NCBI GenBank assembly: GCA_963692865.2 | Contig: OY843592.1 | Span: forward strand, 2,927,356 to 2,991,355 | Reading direction: 5' to 3' | From: a bacterium | GTDB lineage: Bacteria; UBA8248 | Length of the DNA stretch: 64,000 nt | Shown: positions 47,706 to 56,640 of the stretch, piece by piece | Layout of the letters: every line of letters starts with the position of its first letter | Numbering within the stretch: position 1 is the stretch's first letter | Translations under genes and position numbers: made by a program | Notes under the pieces: model-generated | The model's input: only the letters and a program-made list of their open reading frames with translations | Database searches by the model: none | Told to the model about the DNA's origin: nothing

Positions 47706-48671
47706 ATGGCCTCCCCGCCCGACCTTCCCGAGCGCCTCCTGGTCGCCGTGGGCGGCAACGCGACCCATCCGCCCGAGATACGCGGCACCGCCGCCGAGCA
47801 GGCCGCCATCGCCGCAGCGACCGGCCGCGCGCTGCTTCCCCTGCTCCAGCTTGAGAACGAACTCATCATCACGCACGGAAATGGGCCCGTCGTCGGCAAG
47901 ATACTCATGCGCCAGGCGGTATCGAGCGAGCAGGTGACGCCCATGACGCTCGACATCTGCGTCGCCCACAGCCAGGGGGGCATCGCCTACCTCCTCATGC
48001 AGGCGTTCGAGAACGCGCTGAGGCGCGCGGGCGACCCGCGCCACGTGGTCTGCCTGCTGACGCAGGTGGAGGTCGATCCGGCGGACCCGGCGTTCGACGC
48101 GCCCACCAAGTTCGTGGGCTACACCTACACGAAGGAAGAGGCGAAAAGATACGAGAAGGAGATGGGCTGGACGTTCCGCGAGGACGCGGGACGCGGCTGG
48201 CGGCACGTGGTCGCATCCCCAAAACCCAGGCACATCGTGGACATCTCGCTCATCGAGACGATCGCCAAAAGCGGCGCGGTGGTCATCGCGGGCGGCGGCG
48301 GTGGCATCCCCGTCGTGAGGGAAGCCGACGGCGCGCGCCGGGGGCTCGCCGCCGTGATCGACAAGGATTTGACTTCGGCCCTCATGGCGAACGTGCTCGG
48401 GGTCGAGACGATGATGATCCTCACCGCCGTGCCCCGTGTGGCGATCCGTTTCGGGACGCCCGAACAGCAGGAACTGGAAAGAGTCTCCCTTGCAGACATC
48501 AAGGAATACCACGCCGAGGGCCACTTCCCGCCCGGCAGCATGGGTCCCAAGATAGACGCGGCGATCCGCTTTCTCGAAGGCGGCGGACGGCGGGTTTACA
48601 TCGCCGCGCTGGAGGACGCCGTCCCCGCCCTGCGCGGCGAGACGGGGACGTGTATATATGAGGAGGAATGA
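47706..48671 (+). CDS. arcC: carbamate kinase
   Basis: LLVAVGGNA...IITHGNGPVVG...GGGGIPV motifs. ATG at 47706 behind GGGAGA (the ORF track starts at the TTG at 47691). Confidence 0.92.
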   Translation: MASPPDLPERLLVAVGGNATHPPEIRGTAAEQAAIAAATGRALLPLLQLENELIITHGNGPVVGKILMRQAVSSEQVTPMTLDICVAHSQGGIAYLLMQAFENALRRAGDPRHVVCLLTQVEVDPADPAFDAPTKFVGYTYTKEEAKRYEKEMGWTFREDAGRGWRHVVASPKPRHIVDISLIETIAKSGAVVIAGGGGGIPVVREADGARRGLAAVIDKDLTSALMANVLGVETMMILTAVPRVAIRFGTPEQQELERVSLADIKEYHAEGHFPPGSMGPKIDAAIRFLEGGGRRVYIAALEDAVPALRGETGTCIYEEE

Positions 48672-48695
48672 GGCGGTCTCCCCGTATTCAAAAAT

Positions 48696-48866
48696 CACTC
48701 CCCGCTTGAGGGTCTGGCATCCCGAAGGGAAAGCCAGACGCGGAAATCAAGCCCTTGGGCGAAGGTTGACGCGGTGGGGGGAGTTTTTATTTTAGTGGGA
48801 ATCGTCCCCCCACCGAATCAGCCTCGTCGTCGGGCTTTCCCTTCGGGATGCCCGACCCTCAAGGGG
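48696..48866. repeat. ~170-bp nested-palindrome element, copy 1 (diverged)
   Basis: ~40-bp inverted arms (CTTGAGGGTCTGGCATCCCGAAGGGAAAGCC... / ...GGCTTTCCCTTCGGGATGCCCGACCCTCAAG) around the inner inverted repeat GGTGGGGGGA...TCCCCCCACC. Related to 50345-50506 and 53773-53939. Confidence 0.75.
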
Positions 48867-49440
48867 CTGTTGAAAAACCCCTCTCCGCCTCACCCTGAGT
48901 AGCGGCGAAGCCGCGTATCGAAGGCACGAACCCGACGATGAGGGAGGGTTCGCCGGGGCGCATTTCTCCTGCGGACGCGAATTTCGCCCTTCGATACAAA
49001 CGCCCCTTTCTCGGGGTTGTTGAAAAAGTCCGATGCGGCGCAATCTCCTCCTCGCCCTGCGCAGCCCGCCGCTCCGCCTCACCCTGAGTAGCGGCGAAGC
49101 CGCGTATCGAAGGGCGAAGTTCGCGTCCCGCTGGTCAGATGCGTTCCCCCATCCTTCGATACGGCGCTTACGCGCCTACTCAGGATGAGGAAAGAGGCGT
49201 CGGCGGTTTGCGGGGGTCGAAGACGAGGGTTTTTCAACAGCCCCTTCTCAGTCGCGTTTTACTTCCGGCGGCTGCTCAGGGTGAAGTCAATATGGCGGCA
49301 AGGCAAGACGAGGACTTTACGCGAGCGAGGAGCGAGTCTCGAACGCGCCTGTTTCCAGAGCGATTTTTTCAACAACCCCGTAGCACGCAAGAGTCGGAGT
49401 TCGCCTTTGCGCTCCTCCTCAAGCTCGCATAGTCTGTCGC
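48867..49440. repeat. intergenic mosaic of interspersed palindromic repeat modules
   Basis: The 37-bp module is forward at 48888-48924 and 49077-49113, and inverted at 49153-49190. GTTGTTGAAAAAG modules at 48864-48882 and 49013-49031, inverted at 49227-49245 and 49364-49380. Confidence 0.8.
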
Positions 49441-49463
49441 TTCGATTTCAGGGAGGACGTTCC

Positions 49464-50249
49464 ATGTCGATGAAACCACTGGTTCTCATAGAGCGCGACG
49501 GCCCGCTCGCCACGCTCACGCTCAACCGCCCCGAGAAGCGAAACGCCATGAACTCGCAGATGACCGGCGAGGCGAAATCGGCGATTGCCGAACTCGCGGG
49601 GGCGGAGGGCTTGCGCGTCCTCGTCATCGAGGGCGCGGGGGGCGTCTTCTCCGCCGGGGCCGACGTGGTCGAGATGGGCGCGCTCACCGAAGACACCGCG
49701 CGCGAATTCATCTCGAACCTCCACTCCCTCATCCACGTCGTGCGCGAATTCCCGCATCCCGTGGTCTGCAAGTGCCGGGGCAACGTGCTGGGCGGGGCGC
49801 TGGAGTTGATGCTCGGCTGCGACCTCCGGGTCGCGGCGGAGGATACGAAGTTCGGCATGCCAGAGGTGCGGGTCGGCGTGCCGTCGGTCATCGAAGCGGC
49901 GCTGTTCGCCCCCTTCTGCGGTTTGGGCGCCGCGCAGGACCTGCTGCTCACGGGCCGGACGTTCGACGCACACGAGGCGCATCGCCTGGGAATCGTCCAG
50001 CGGATATGCGCGCCTGCGGAACTCGAAGAAGCAACAGGGGAGGTTGTGTCGGAACTGCTCGAAGCGGCCCCCGCCGCGCTCAGCGCCCAGAAAGCGCTTT
50101 TAAGGCGATGGATGCAGGCCTATCTCGAAGCCGCCGTTCCGCCCTCCATCGACGCCTTCGAGGCATCCTTCCGAACCGGCGAACCGCAAGAGGGCATGGC
50201 CGCCGCGCACGAGAAGCGTCCTCCCGCCTGGGCGCCAAGGCAGGGATAA
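49464..50249 (+). CDS. enoyl-CoA hydratase/isomerase (crotonase) family protein
   Basis: ATG at 49464 behind GGGAGGA. LATLTLNRPEKRNAMN...VIEGAGGVFSAGADV...GGALELMLGCDLRVAAEDTKFGMPEVRVG. Confidence 0.9.
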   Translation: MSMKPLVLIERDGPLATLTLNRPEKRNAMNSQMTGEAKSAIAELAGAEGLRVLVIEGAGGVFSAGADVVEMGALTEDTAREFISNLHSLIHVVREFPHPVVCKCRGNVLGGALELMLGCDLRVAAEDTKFGMPEVRVGVPSVIEAALFAPFCGLGAAQDLLLTGRTFDAHEAHRLGIVQRICAPAELEEATGEVVSELLEAAPAALSAQKALLRRWMQAYLEAAVPPSIDAFEASFRTGEPQEGMAAAHEKRPPAWAPRQG

Positions 50250-50344
50250 GACCGCAGAGAGAATCACCTCCCCTTCGGAGGTTGTTGAAAAACCCCGATT
50301 TCGTGATCTCGCGCATGGAGCCAACCGAGGAGGGAGGAGAAAAT

Positions 50345-50506
50345 ACTCCCCCCTTGAGGGGGAGTCACAGAAGCCGAGTCCTTTGGACGAAGGCCGATGT
50401 GGTGGGGGGTAAAACGCGTTTTATTGCCCACTCCGAATTATCCCCCCCACCAGTTCGCTTTCGGGCTTACACCCTCAGCTCACTGACTCCCCCTCAAGGG
50501 GGGAGT
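50345..50506. repeat. ~165-bp nested-palindrome element, copy 2
   Basis: Termini ACTCCCCCCTTGAGGGGGAGT and ACTCCCCCTCAAGGGGGGAGT are each self-palindromic and are mutual inverted repeats. Inner GGTGGGGGG...CCCCCCCACC. Confidence 0.8.
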
Positions 50507-50636
50507 GAACTTCAAAAGCATGCGTGAAACTCAAAATTGCTTCCCGGAACTTATCCAACGGTCCCCTCGCGGTGGCGTTCGCTGGTTTCATGTGGCATCT
50601 TCACTCCTCTCGCCGTAACGAAACAGGAGAACCAGG

Positions 50637-50966
50637 ATGTCGGAAGATGAAATGTTGATCGCGCGCATACGCCCGATTCTCAGGCGGCGCAAGGGATTTT
50701 CGGAAAAACGCATGTTCGGCGGCGTGTGCTTCATGATCAACGGCAACATGTGCGCCGGGACGTGGAAGGGCTCGCTCATCGTGCGGCTCGCTAGGGAGAA
50801 CCACGAAGCGACGCTTGCGGAACCTCACACGAAGCCCGCCGACATGGCGGGCCGGGTGATGAGGGGCTGGGCGCTGGTCGAACCGGCAGGGATTACGACC
50901 GAAGACGATTTGAAATCCTGGGTGCGCCGGGCGGCCAAGTTCGCGGGCTCGCTTCCACCCAAGTGA
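50637..50966 (+). CDS. TfoX/Sxy N-terminal-domain family protein
   Basis: 109 aa. KGFSEKRMFGGVCFMINGNMCAGTWKGSLIVRL is typical of the TfoX_N domain. Confidence 0.78.
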   Translation: MSEDEMLIARIRPILRRRKGFSEKRMFGGVCFMINGNMCAGTWKGSLIVRLARENHEATLAEPHTKPADMAGRVMRGWALVEPAGITTEDDLKSWVRRAAKFAGSLPPK

Positions 50967-51017
50967 ATGCTCCCCGATTCATGATTCTTGGATTCATTTG
51001 TGATGAAGGATGAATAG

Positions 51018-52013
51018 ATGAAAGCGATTACCGTCCAGGGAGACGCCGGAATCGAAGGACTCGTGTACGGCGAGGTACCCACGCCGGATCCGGGAGAGGG
51101 CGAGGTGCGAGTCCGCCTCCTGGCTTCGGGCATCAACCACATCGACGTATACCAGTGCACCCCCGCCATGGTGCGCCACGACAAGCCCCATACCATGGGA
51201 GCGGACGGAGCGGGCGTCGTCGATAAGGCGGCGCCGGACGCGGCCTTGAAACCGGGTGATGAGGTCGTCGTGGACCCCAACCTGTGCGACCCAACGAAAC
51301 CGGGTTACGGCATCGTCGGCGCGCACTGTGCGGGCACGCACGCGGAGTTCATTGTGCTTCCTGAGAAGAATTTCTTTCCCAAGCCCGGGAACCTTTCCTT
51401 CGAGGAGGCGGCGGCGCTTCCCCTCGCCCTTTGCACGGCCTATCGCCAGCTCATCAGCCGCGCCAGACTCAAGTCGGGTGAGAGCGTACTCATCCACGGG
51501 GTGGGCGGCGGCGTCATGCTCTATTGCCTGCAACTCGCCGCGCAGGCGGGCGCCTTCACCATCGTCACCTCATCGAGCGAGGAGAAGCTGGAAACCGCCA
51601 AATCCTTCGGCGCCGACGTCTGCATCAATTACAAAACGGGGGACGTCGCCGGAGCCGTGATGGAGGCCACCGATGGCCAGGGGGCCGACGTGGTGGTCGA
51701 CAACGTGGGCGCTCCAACTTTCGCGCTGAGCGCCAAGTGCGTCGCGCTGAACGGGCGCATCACCATCGTGGGCGGGGCGGCGCACCACGTAATCCCCGAA
51801 GTGAACCTGCGCGATCTCTACTTCAAACAGGTGGACATCCACACCTCCACCATGGCGACGCCCGAGGAATTCAGCGCGGCGATGGCCCTCGCCGCCGAGG
51901 GGAAGATAAATGCCCACATCGATTCCACTTATCCCCTCTCCCGGTTCCGCGAGGCCATCGGGCGCGTGGCGAAGGGCGAACAGTTTGGAAAAGTCGTGAT
52001 AACAAGAGATTAG
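51018..52013 (+). CDS. zinc-type alcohol dehydrogenase / MDR-family oxidoreductase
   Basis: VRVRLLASGINHIDV..., VLIHGVGGGVMLYCLQLAAQAGAFTIVTSSS, FGKVVI. Confidence 0.9.
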   Translation: MKAITVQGDAGIEGLVYGEVPTPDPGEGEVRVRLLASGINHIDVYQCTPAMVRHDKPHTMGADGAGVVDKAAPDAALKPGDEVVVDPNLCDPTKPGYGIVGAHCAGTHAEFIVLPEKNFFPKPGNLSFEEAAALPLALCTAYRQLISRARLKSGESVLIHGVGGGVMLYCLQLAAQAGAFTIVTSSSEEKLETAKSFGADVCINYKTGDVAGAVMEATDGQGADVVVDNVGAPTFALSAKCVALNGRITIVGGAAHHVIPEVNLRDLYFKQVDIHTSTMATPEEFSAAMALAAEGKINAHIDSTYPLSRFREAIGRVAKGEQFGKVVITRD

Positions 52014-52081
52014 GAGCAAGACGCCCGCGCCGCACTCTCACCATTCGCGCGGAGCCATCAATTTCGGAGAATGCCTAAAAC

Positions 52082-53230
52082 ATGAAAAGACACCTCGCCA
52101 AGACCGTCGCCGCGACTGCAGGTGGAGAGCGCGCCAATCACATGACGGCCAGGAAACCGCCGGGCCTGGTGCCGCTCGATTCGGGAACGCCCAACTTCCC
52201 CACGCCGGAGCACATTACGGAAGCCGCCAAGGAGGCGCTCGACCAGGGTCTCACGGGCTACGCGCCCGGACAGGGAGACCCGGAATTCCTCGAAGCCGTA
52301 TGCGAACACGTCGAGCGAGAGGCGAACGCGAAATACACGCCCCACTCCGTCATCGCCACGAACGGGGCGAGTTCGGGCATCTACGCCGTCATGACGGCGT
52401 TCCTGGACCCGGGCGATGAGGCCATCCTGATGGACCCCACGTTTTCCCTCTACGCCCACGTCGCGCTTCAACTCGGAGCCGTTCCCGTCCAGGTGCCCCA
52501 CGATGCGGACTACCAGATCGACGTAGAGGCCGTGCGCCGCGCCATCACGCCGCGCACGCGCCTCATTCTCGTCAACAACCCGAACAACCCCACCGGCGTG
52601 GTTTACCGGCGCGAAGATCTGGCGGCCCTCGCCGGACTCGCCACGGAGCACGACCTCATGCTCGTATCGGACGAGGCCTATGCGAAGATACTGCAGCCCG
52701 GCTTCGAGCACGTTCCCCTGCTCTCGTTCACCGAACACAGGGACAGCCTCATCCTGCTCGACACTTTTTCCAAGACCTATTCGATGACCGGCTGGCGTCT
52801 GGGCTTCATGGTCTTGCCCGAAGACCTGCCCCAGCCGATGTTCAGCGTGCACCGCTCCATCAACGGGCCGATCAACACCTTCGTCCAGCGCGCGGGAGCG
52901 GCTGCGCTCAGGGGTTCTCAGGAGTGCGTGGCGGAGTTCAGGCGCGAGTACCACAAGCGGGGCCGCCTCATGAACGAGATGACGCGCGATATTCCCGGTC
53001 TCATTCCCATCGAGCCCCAGGGCGGCTTCTACCAATACTGCCGCTATGAATACCCCATTCCATCGAGTGAGGTGCGAAAGCGCGTCTGGGAGGCCGGGGC
53101 GGCGATTCGCAGCGGGTCGGAGTTCGGCGCTTCGGGCGAGAACCATTTGCGCTTCACCTATTCGGTAAATGAGGATGTCATCGAAAAAGGCATGAAGATC
53201 GTGGGCGAGGTCTTCCGCCACCTGGGCTGA
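52082..53230 (+). CDS. pyridoxal-phosphate-dependent aminotransferase, class I/II (aspartate aminotransferase-like)
   Basis: GTPNFPTPEHI..., LVNNPNNPTGVVY, FSKTYSMTGWRLGF (PLP lysine), LRFTYS. Start at 52082 or 52142. Confidence 0.92.
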   Translation: MKRHLAKTVAATAGGERANHMTARKPPGLVPLDSGTPNFPTPEHITEAAKEALDQGLTGYAPGQGDPEFLEAVCEHVEREANAKYTPHSVIATNGASSGIYAVMTAFLDPGDEAILMDPTFSLYAHVALQLGAVPVQVPHDADYQIDVEAVRRAITPRTRLILVNNPNNPTGVVYRREDLAALAGLATEHDLMLVSDEAYAKILQPGFEHVPLLSFTEHRDSLILLDTFSKTYSMTGWRLGFMVLPEDLPQPMFSVHRSINGPINTFVQRAGAAALRGSQECVAEFRREYHKRGRLMNEMTRDIPGLIPIEPQGGFYQYCRYEYPIPSSEVRKRVWEAGAAIRSGSEFGASGENHLRFTYSVNEDVIEKGMKIVGEVFRHLG

Positions 53231-53259
53231 GGCTTGTCCGTTCCGCGCTTGAAGGCCGT

Positions 53260-54100
53260 CCTTTTGAGGGGGCTGTTGAAAAAGCCGCCCTGCGCAACCC
53301 GCCAATCCGCCTGACCCTGAATAGCGGCCCTTCGACAGCCTCAGGACAGGCTCCCTCGACTTCGCTCGGGGCAGGCTCCGCCGTCCCCCCACCTTCCTCA
53401 CCCTGAGTAGCCGCCGGAGGTCAAGCGCGACTGAGAAAGGAGCGTTTGTATCGAAGGGCGAACCAGAGAAACGCGCCCCCCATCCTTCGATACGCGGCTT
53501 CGCCGCTACTCAGGATGAGGGTTTGGGGCCGGCCGGGAAGGAAACGCCTTAAGGGGCGTCGCTACCTTTCTCTCCGAGGCGGTGCGGTTTTGTTCACGGC
53601 GGTGGTCAATAGCGAGCGAGATGAGGTTTTTCAACAATCCCAATGAATAAGTGCTTGACACGATTGATGAGAAGATTGCTGAAAAAGTCCTGTTCAGTCG
53701 GACTTGACCCCTATCGGCGCGGCTGCGGATTTCGCCATTGAACAGCTTTGCCAACCGACAAGAGAGGAAACCACTCCCCCCTTGAGGGGGAGTCGCAGAA
53801 GCCGAGCGGTTTGTGCGAAGGCTGATGCGGTGGGGGGAGCATTTTCTCTGTTGGAAACATTTCTTCAAAAATCATCCCCCCACCGAATCGCTTGCGGGCT
53901 TGCGCCCTTACCTCGTCGACTCCCCCTCAAGGGGGGAGTGGTTGTAGAGCGCTCTACAAGGGGGGGTGATTCTCATCTCTTTCAGGTCGGCTCCATACGC
54001 CAAATCACGGAATCAAGGTTTTTCAACAACCCCATATTCGACCCCTACAGTGGAATCCCGACCAAACTGCAAGGGCTTTTTCAACAGTCCCTTTTTCCCG
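53260..54100. repeat. intergenic mosaic of interspersed palindromic repeat modules
   Basis: GTTGTTGAAAAAG-type modules at 53269-53287 and 53675-53690, inverted at 53625-53642, 54017-54034 and 54073-54091. The 37-bp module is inverted at 53484-53520, with variants at 53310-53440. Confidence 0.8.
53773..53939. repeat. ~167-bp nested-palindrome element, copy 3
   Basis: ACTCCCCCCTTGAGGGGGAGTCGCAGAAGCCGAG...GGTGGGGGGAG...TCCCCCCACCGAATCG...GACTCCCCCTCAAGGGGGGAGT. Close to copy 2. Confidence 0.8.
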
Positions 54101-54120
54101 GGCGGCTCCTCACAACCTCA

Positions 54121-55059
54121 TCAATAGACCGGCATTATATCCTTCTCGTAGGTCTCGTCCACGCCCCGGGCGGCGGCGTAGAAGATCTCCTGCAGCCTGC
54201 GTGTGATTTCCCCCGGCTTCCCGTCTCCCACCTCGATGCGGTCGAGTGATAGCACGGGCGCGACCTCCGCGGCCGAGCCGCAAATCATCGCCTCATCGGC
54301 TACGTAGATCTCCGTGCGATCCATCGGCCGCTCCACGGGTTCCGGGCCGATGTGCCTGCCGAACATTTCGAGCACGCTGTCGCGCGTGATGCTCTCGAGT
54401 ATCGAGGCCGTCACCGGCGGAGTGATGAGCTTCCCCTCGCGGACGATCATGATGCACGTGCCCGTGCCCTCGGCCACCGTGCCGTTCTGGTTGAGCAGAA
54501 GGGCGTCGTCGTATCCGTTTATCCGCGCCTCGACGCCCGCGAGCCTGCCGTTCTGGTAGTTCGCCGAAGCCTTGACGCGCGGCGGCACGGAATCGTCCGA
54601 GATGCGCCGCCAACTGCTCACGCACAGGTTCACGCCCCCCTCCTGGCGCCTGCGGTTGCTGTTCGGCCCCCCACTGATGAATACGCAGGTGTCCACCTCG
54701 TCCGCCGCGTATCCCTTCATGTCCAGGGGTCCCGAATCGTCGAAATACACGTTGAGCCTGAAGTGGAGGTCTTCCCTGAATTCGTTCGCCCGTATCCACT
54801 CGATGACGGCGTCCTTGAATTCCTCCGCCGTATAGGGCGGCGTCATCCGCATCACCCGCATCGAATCGAAGAGCCGCCGGATGTGCGGATCCATCTTCCA
54901 GAGGAAGAGATTATTCCGCTCCTCGCTCCAGTAAGCGCGAATCCCCTCGTACACGCTCGAACCCCTGAGGACCGCTTGGCTGAAAACGCTGATCTTGGCC
55001 TCCTCGGGCGGTACCACCTCTCCGTTGAGCCATACCTTGGCATGATCGTAGCTGGGCAC
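54121..55059 (-). CDS. ilvE: branched-chain amino acid aminotransferase (class IV PLP enzyme)
   Basis: VWLNGEVVPPEEAKISVFSQAVLRGSSVYEGIRAY..., ASANYQNGRLA, and EGTGTCIMIVREGKLITPP. Start set to the GTG at 55057-55059, 5 nt after GGAGG; the ORF-track extension to 55245 is Arg-rich and implausible. Confidence 0.86.
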   Translation of the reverse strand: MPSYDHAKVWLNGEVVPPEEAKISVFSQAVLRGSSVYEGIRAYWSEERNNLFLWKMDPHIRRLFDSMRVMRMTPPYTAEEFKDAVIEWIRANEFREDLHFRLNVYFDDSGPLDMKGYAADEVDTCVFISGGPNSNRRRQEGGVNLCVSSWRRISDDSVPPRVKASANYQNGRLAGVEARINGYDDALLLNQNGTVAEGTGTCIMIVREGKLITPPVTASILESITRDSVLEMFGRHIGPEPVERPMDRTEIYVADEAMICGSAAEVAPVLSLDRIEVGDGKPGEITRRLQEIFYAAARGVDETYEKDIMPVY

Positions 55060-55225
55060 GGGAACCTCCAATGTGGACGTGTATGTGGGCCATCGACACG
55101 GAAACACGGCATGATGAACAATTTGGGGGCCGGTTGACAAGGGGCGACCCCGCCTTGACGCTCGGGCGCGCTTGGGCGTAGCGTTGTGCCGGACAAATTT
55201 CAAACTGCCCCATTCGGAGATTTTC

Positions 55226-56596
55226 ATGCAGCAGCCCACGGACACCCCGAAACTCGCGGACGCCTACGCCGAATCCCTGCCCGCCTCGCGCGCCCTCTAC
55301 GAGCGGGCGAATGAGGTCTTCCCCGACGGGGTGACGCACGACAACCGCAGGATGCAGCCGTTTCCCATTTACGTCGAGCGCGCCGAGGGCGCCTACAAGT
55401 GGGACGTGGACGGCAACCGCTACATCGACTACTGGATGGGCCACGGCGCGCTTCTCTACGGGCACAACCCGCCCCACATCCGCGACGCCGTGAGCGAGGC
55501 CGTTCTCAAGGGCTCGCACTATGGCGCCAGCCACAAGCCGGAGGTGGAATGGGGCGAATGGGTGCAGCGCCTCGTGCCATGCGCCGATCGGGTGCGCTTC
55601 ACGGCTTCTGGCACCGAGGCGACGCACATGGCGCTCAGGCTCGCGCGCGCCTTCACGGGCAGAAAGCGCATCGTCAAGTTCGCGGGCCACTTCCACGGAT
55701 GGCACGAGGGGCTCGAAATCGGCGTGCGCGCCCCCTACACGAACGAACCCGAAGCGGGGCAACTGGAAGTCGTTACCGACCTCGTCACCGTCTGCCCGCC
55801 GGACGACTTGGAAGCCGTCCGCGGCGCGCTGGCCTCGGGCGATGTCGCCGCGCTCATCCTGGAGCCGACGGGCGGGCATTTCGGCACCATCCCGATGCGC
55901 GGGGATTTCGTGGCCGCGCTCAGGGAAGAGACGAACAAGGCGGGGGCGCTCCTCGTCTTCGACGAAGTGGTTACCGGCTTTCGCGTTTCGCCGGGCGGGG
56001 CGCAGGCGCACTTCGGCGTGACGCCCGACCTGACGAGCCTCGCCAAGATACTCGCAGGCGGCCTGCCGGGAGGATCCGTCGTGGGCCGCGCGGACGTGCT
56101 CGAATACCTCGCCACCAAGCCGGATCCGGAGGCGAACCGCCACATGAAAATCGCCCACCACGGGACCTTCAACGCGAACCCCGTCTCCGCCGCCGCGGGC
56201 GTCGCCATGCTCTCATCCCTGGCCGACGGCCGGGCGACCCAAGAGGTGAACGCGCAGGCGCAGAAGCTCAGATACGGCATGAACGAGATTCTCGCCCAAG
56301 AGGCGGTGGCCTGGCGGGTGTATGGCGAATACAGCGACTGGAAGATTCTTTTCGACGCCGACGCCCCGCCGAATGACGGAGGGGATCAGGACGTTAGCGG
56401 AATCGACTGGCGGCGTCTCGACTCCAAGAACGCGCAGAAAAGCCGCGCGCTCAGACAAGCACTCATCTTACACGGGGTGGACTTCAACGGCGCGCGCGCC
56501 CTCGTGGGAACCTGCCACACGGACGGCGTGATCGAGGAAACCCTCGCCGCCTTCCGGGCGGGCGTCCAGACCATGAAGGAAGAAGGGGTCGCCTAG
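55226..56596 (+). CDS. class-III (GSA-aminomutase-like) PLP aminotransferase
   Basis: ATG at 55226 behind GGAGA. GNRYIDYWMGHGALLYGHNPP..., FTASGTEATHMALRLARAFTGR, LVFDEVVTGFR, LAKILAGGLPGG. Confidence 0.88.
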   Translation: MQQPTDTPKLADAYAESLPASRALYERANEVFPDGVTHDNRRMQPFPIYVERAEGAYKWDVDGNRYIDYWMGHGALLYGHNPPHIRDAVSEAVLKGSHYGASHKPEVEWGEWVQRLVPCADRVRFTASGTEATHMALRLARAFTGRKRIVKFAGHFHGWHEGLEIGVRAPYTNEPEAGQLEVVTDLVTVCPPDDLEAVRGALASGDVAALILEPTGGHFGTIPMRGDFVAALREETNKAGALLVFDEVVTGFRVSPGGAQAHFGVTPDLTSLAKILAGGLPGGSVVGRADVLEYLATKPDPEANRHMKIAHHGTFNANPVSAAAGVAMLSSLADGRATQEVNAQAQKLRYGMNEILAQEAVAWRVYGEYSDWKILFDADAPPNDGGDQDVSGIDWRRLDSKNAQKSRALRQALILHGVDFNGARALVGTCHTDGVIEETLAAFRAGVQTMKEEGVA

Positions 56597-56640
56597 GTTT
56601 TTCCAACCGATTCATCAAATACCATGAAGGAGAGCCGCAC

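Noticed and set aside
52058-53401. 447-aa minus-strand ORF opposite the class-I aminotransferase, and similar cases (47586..48698 opposite arcC, 54911..56161 opposite the class-III aminotransferase, 41636..42847 opposite the quinone oxidoreductase)
   Set aside because: Same reasoning: each is antisense to a motif-bearing gene, and the products are Arg/Gly/Ala-rich with no domains.
46860-54100. The dense short repeats as a CRISPR array
   Set aside because: The repeats belong to several different families and occur in both orientations. Their spacing is irregular (tens to hundreds of bp), with no uniform spacer length. They are interrupted by genes, and no cas genes are present.
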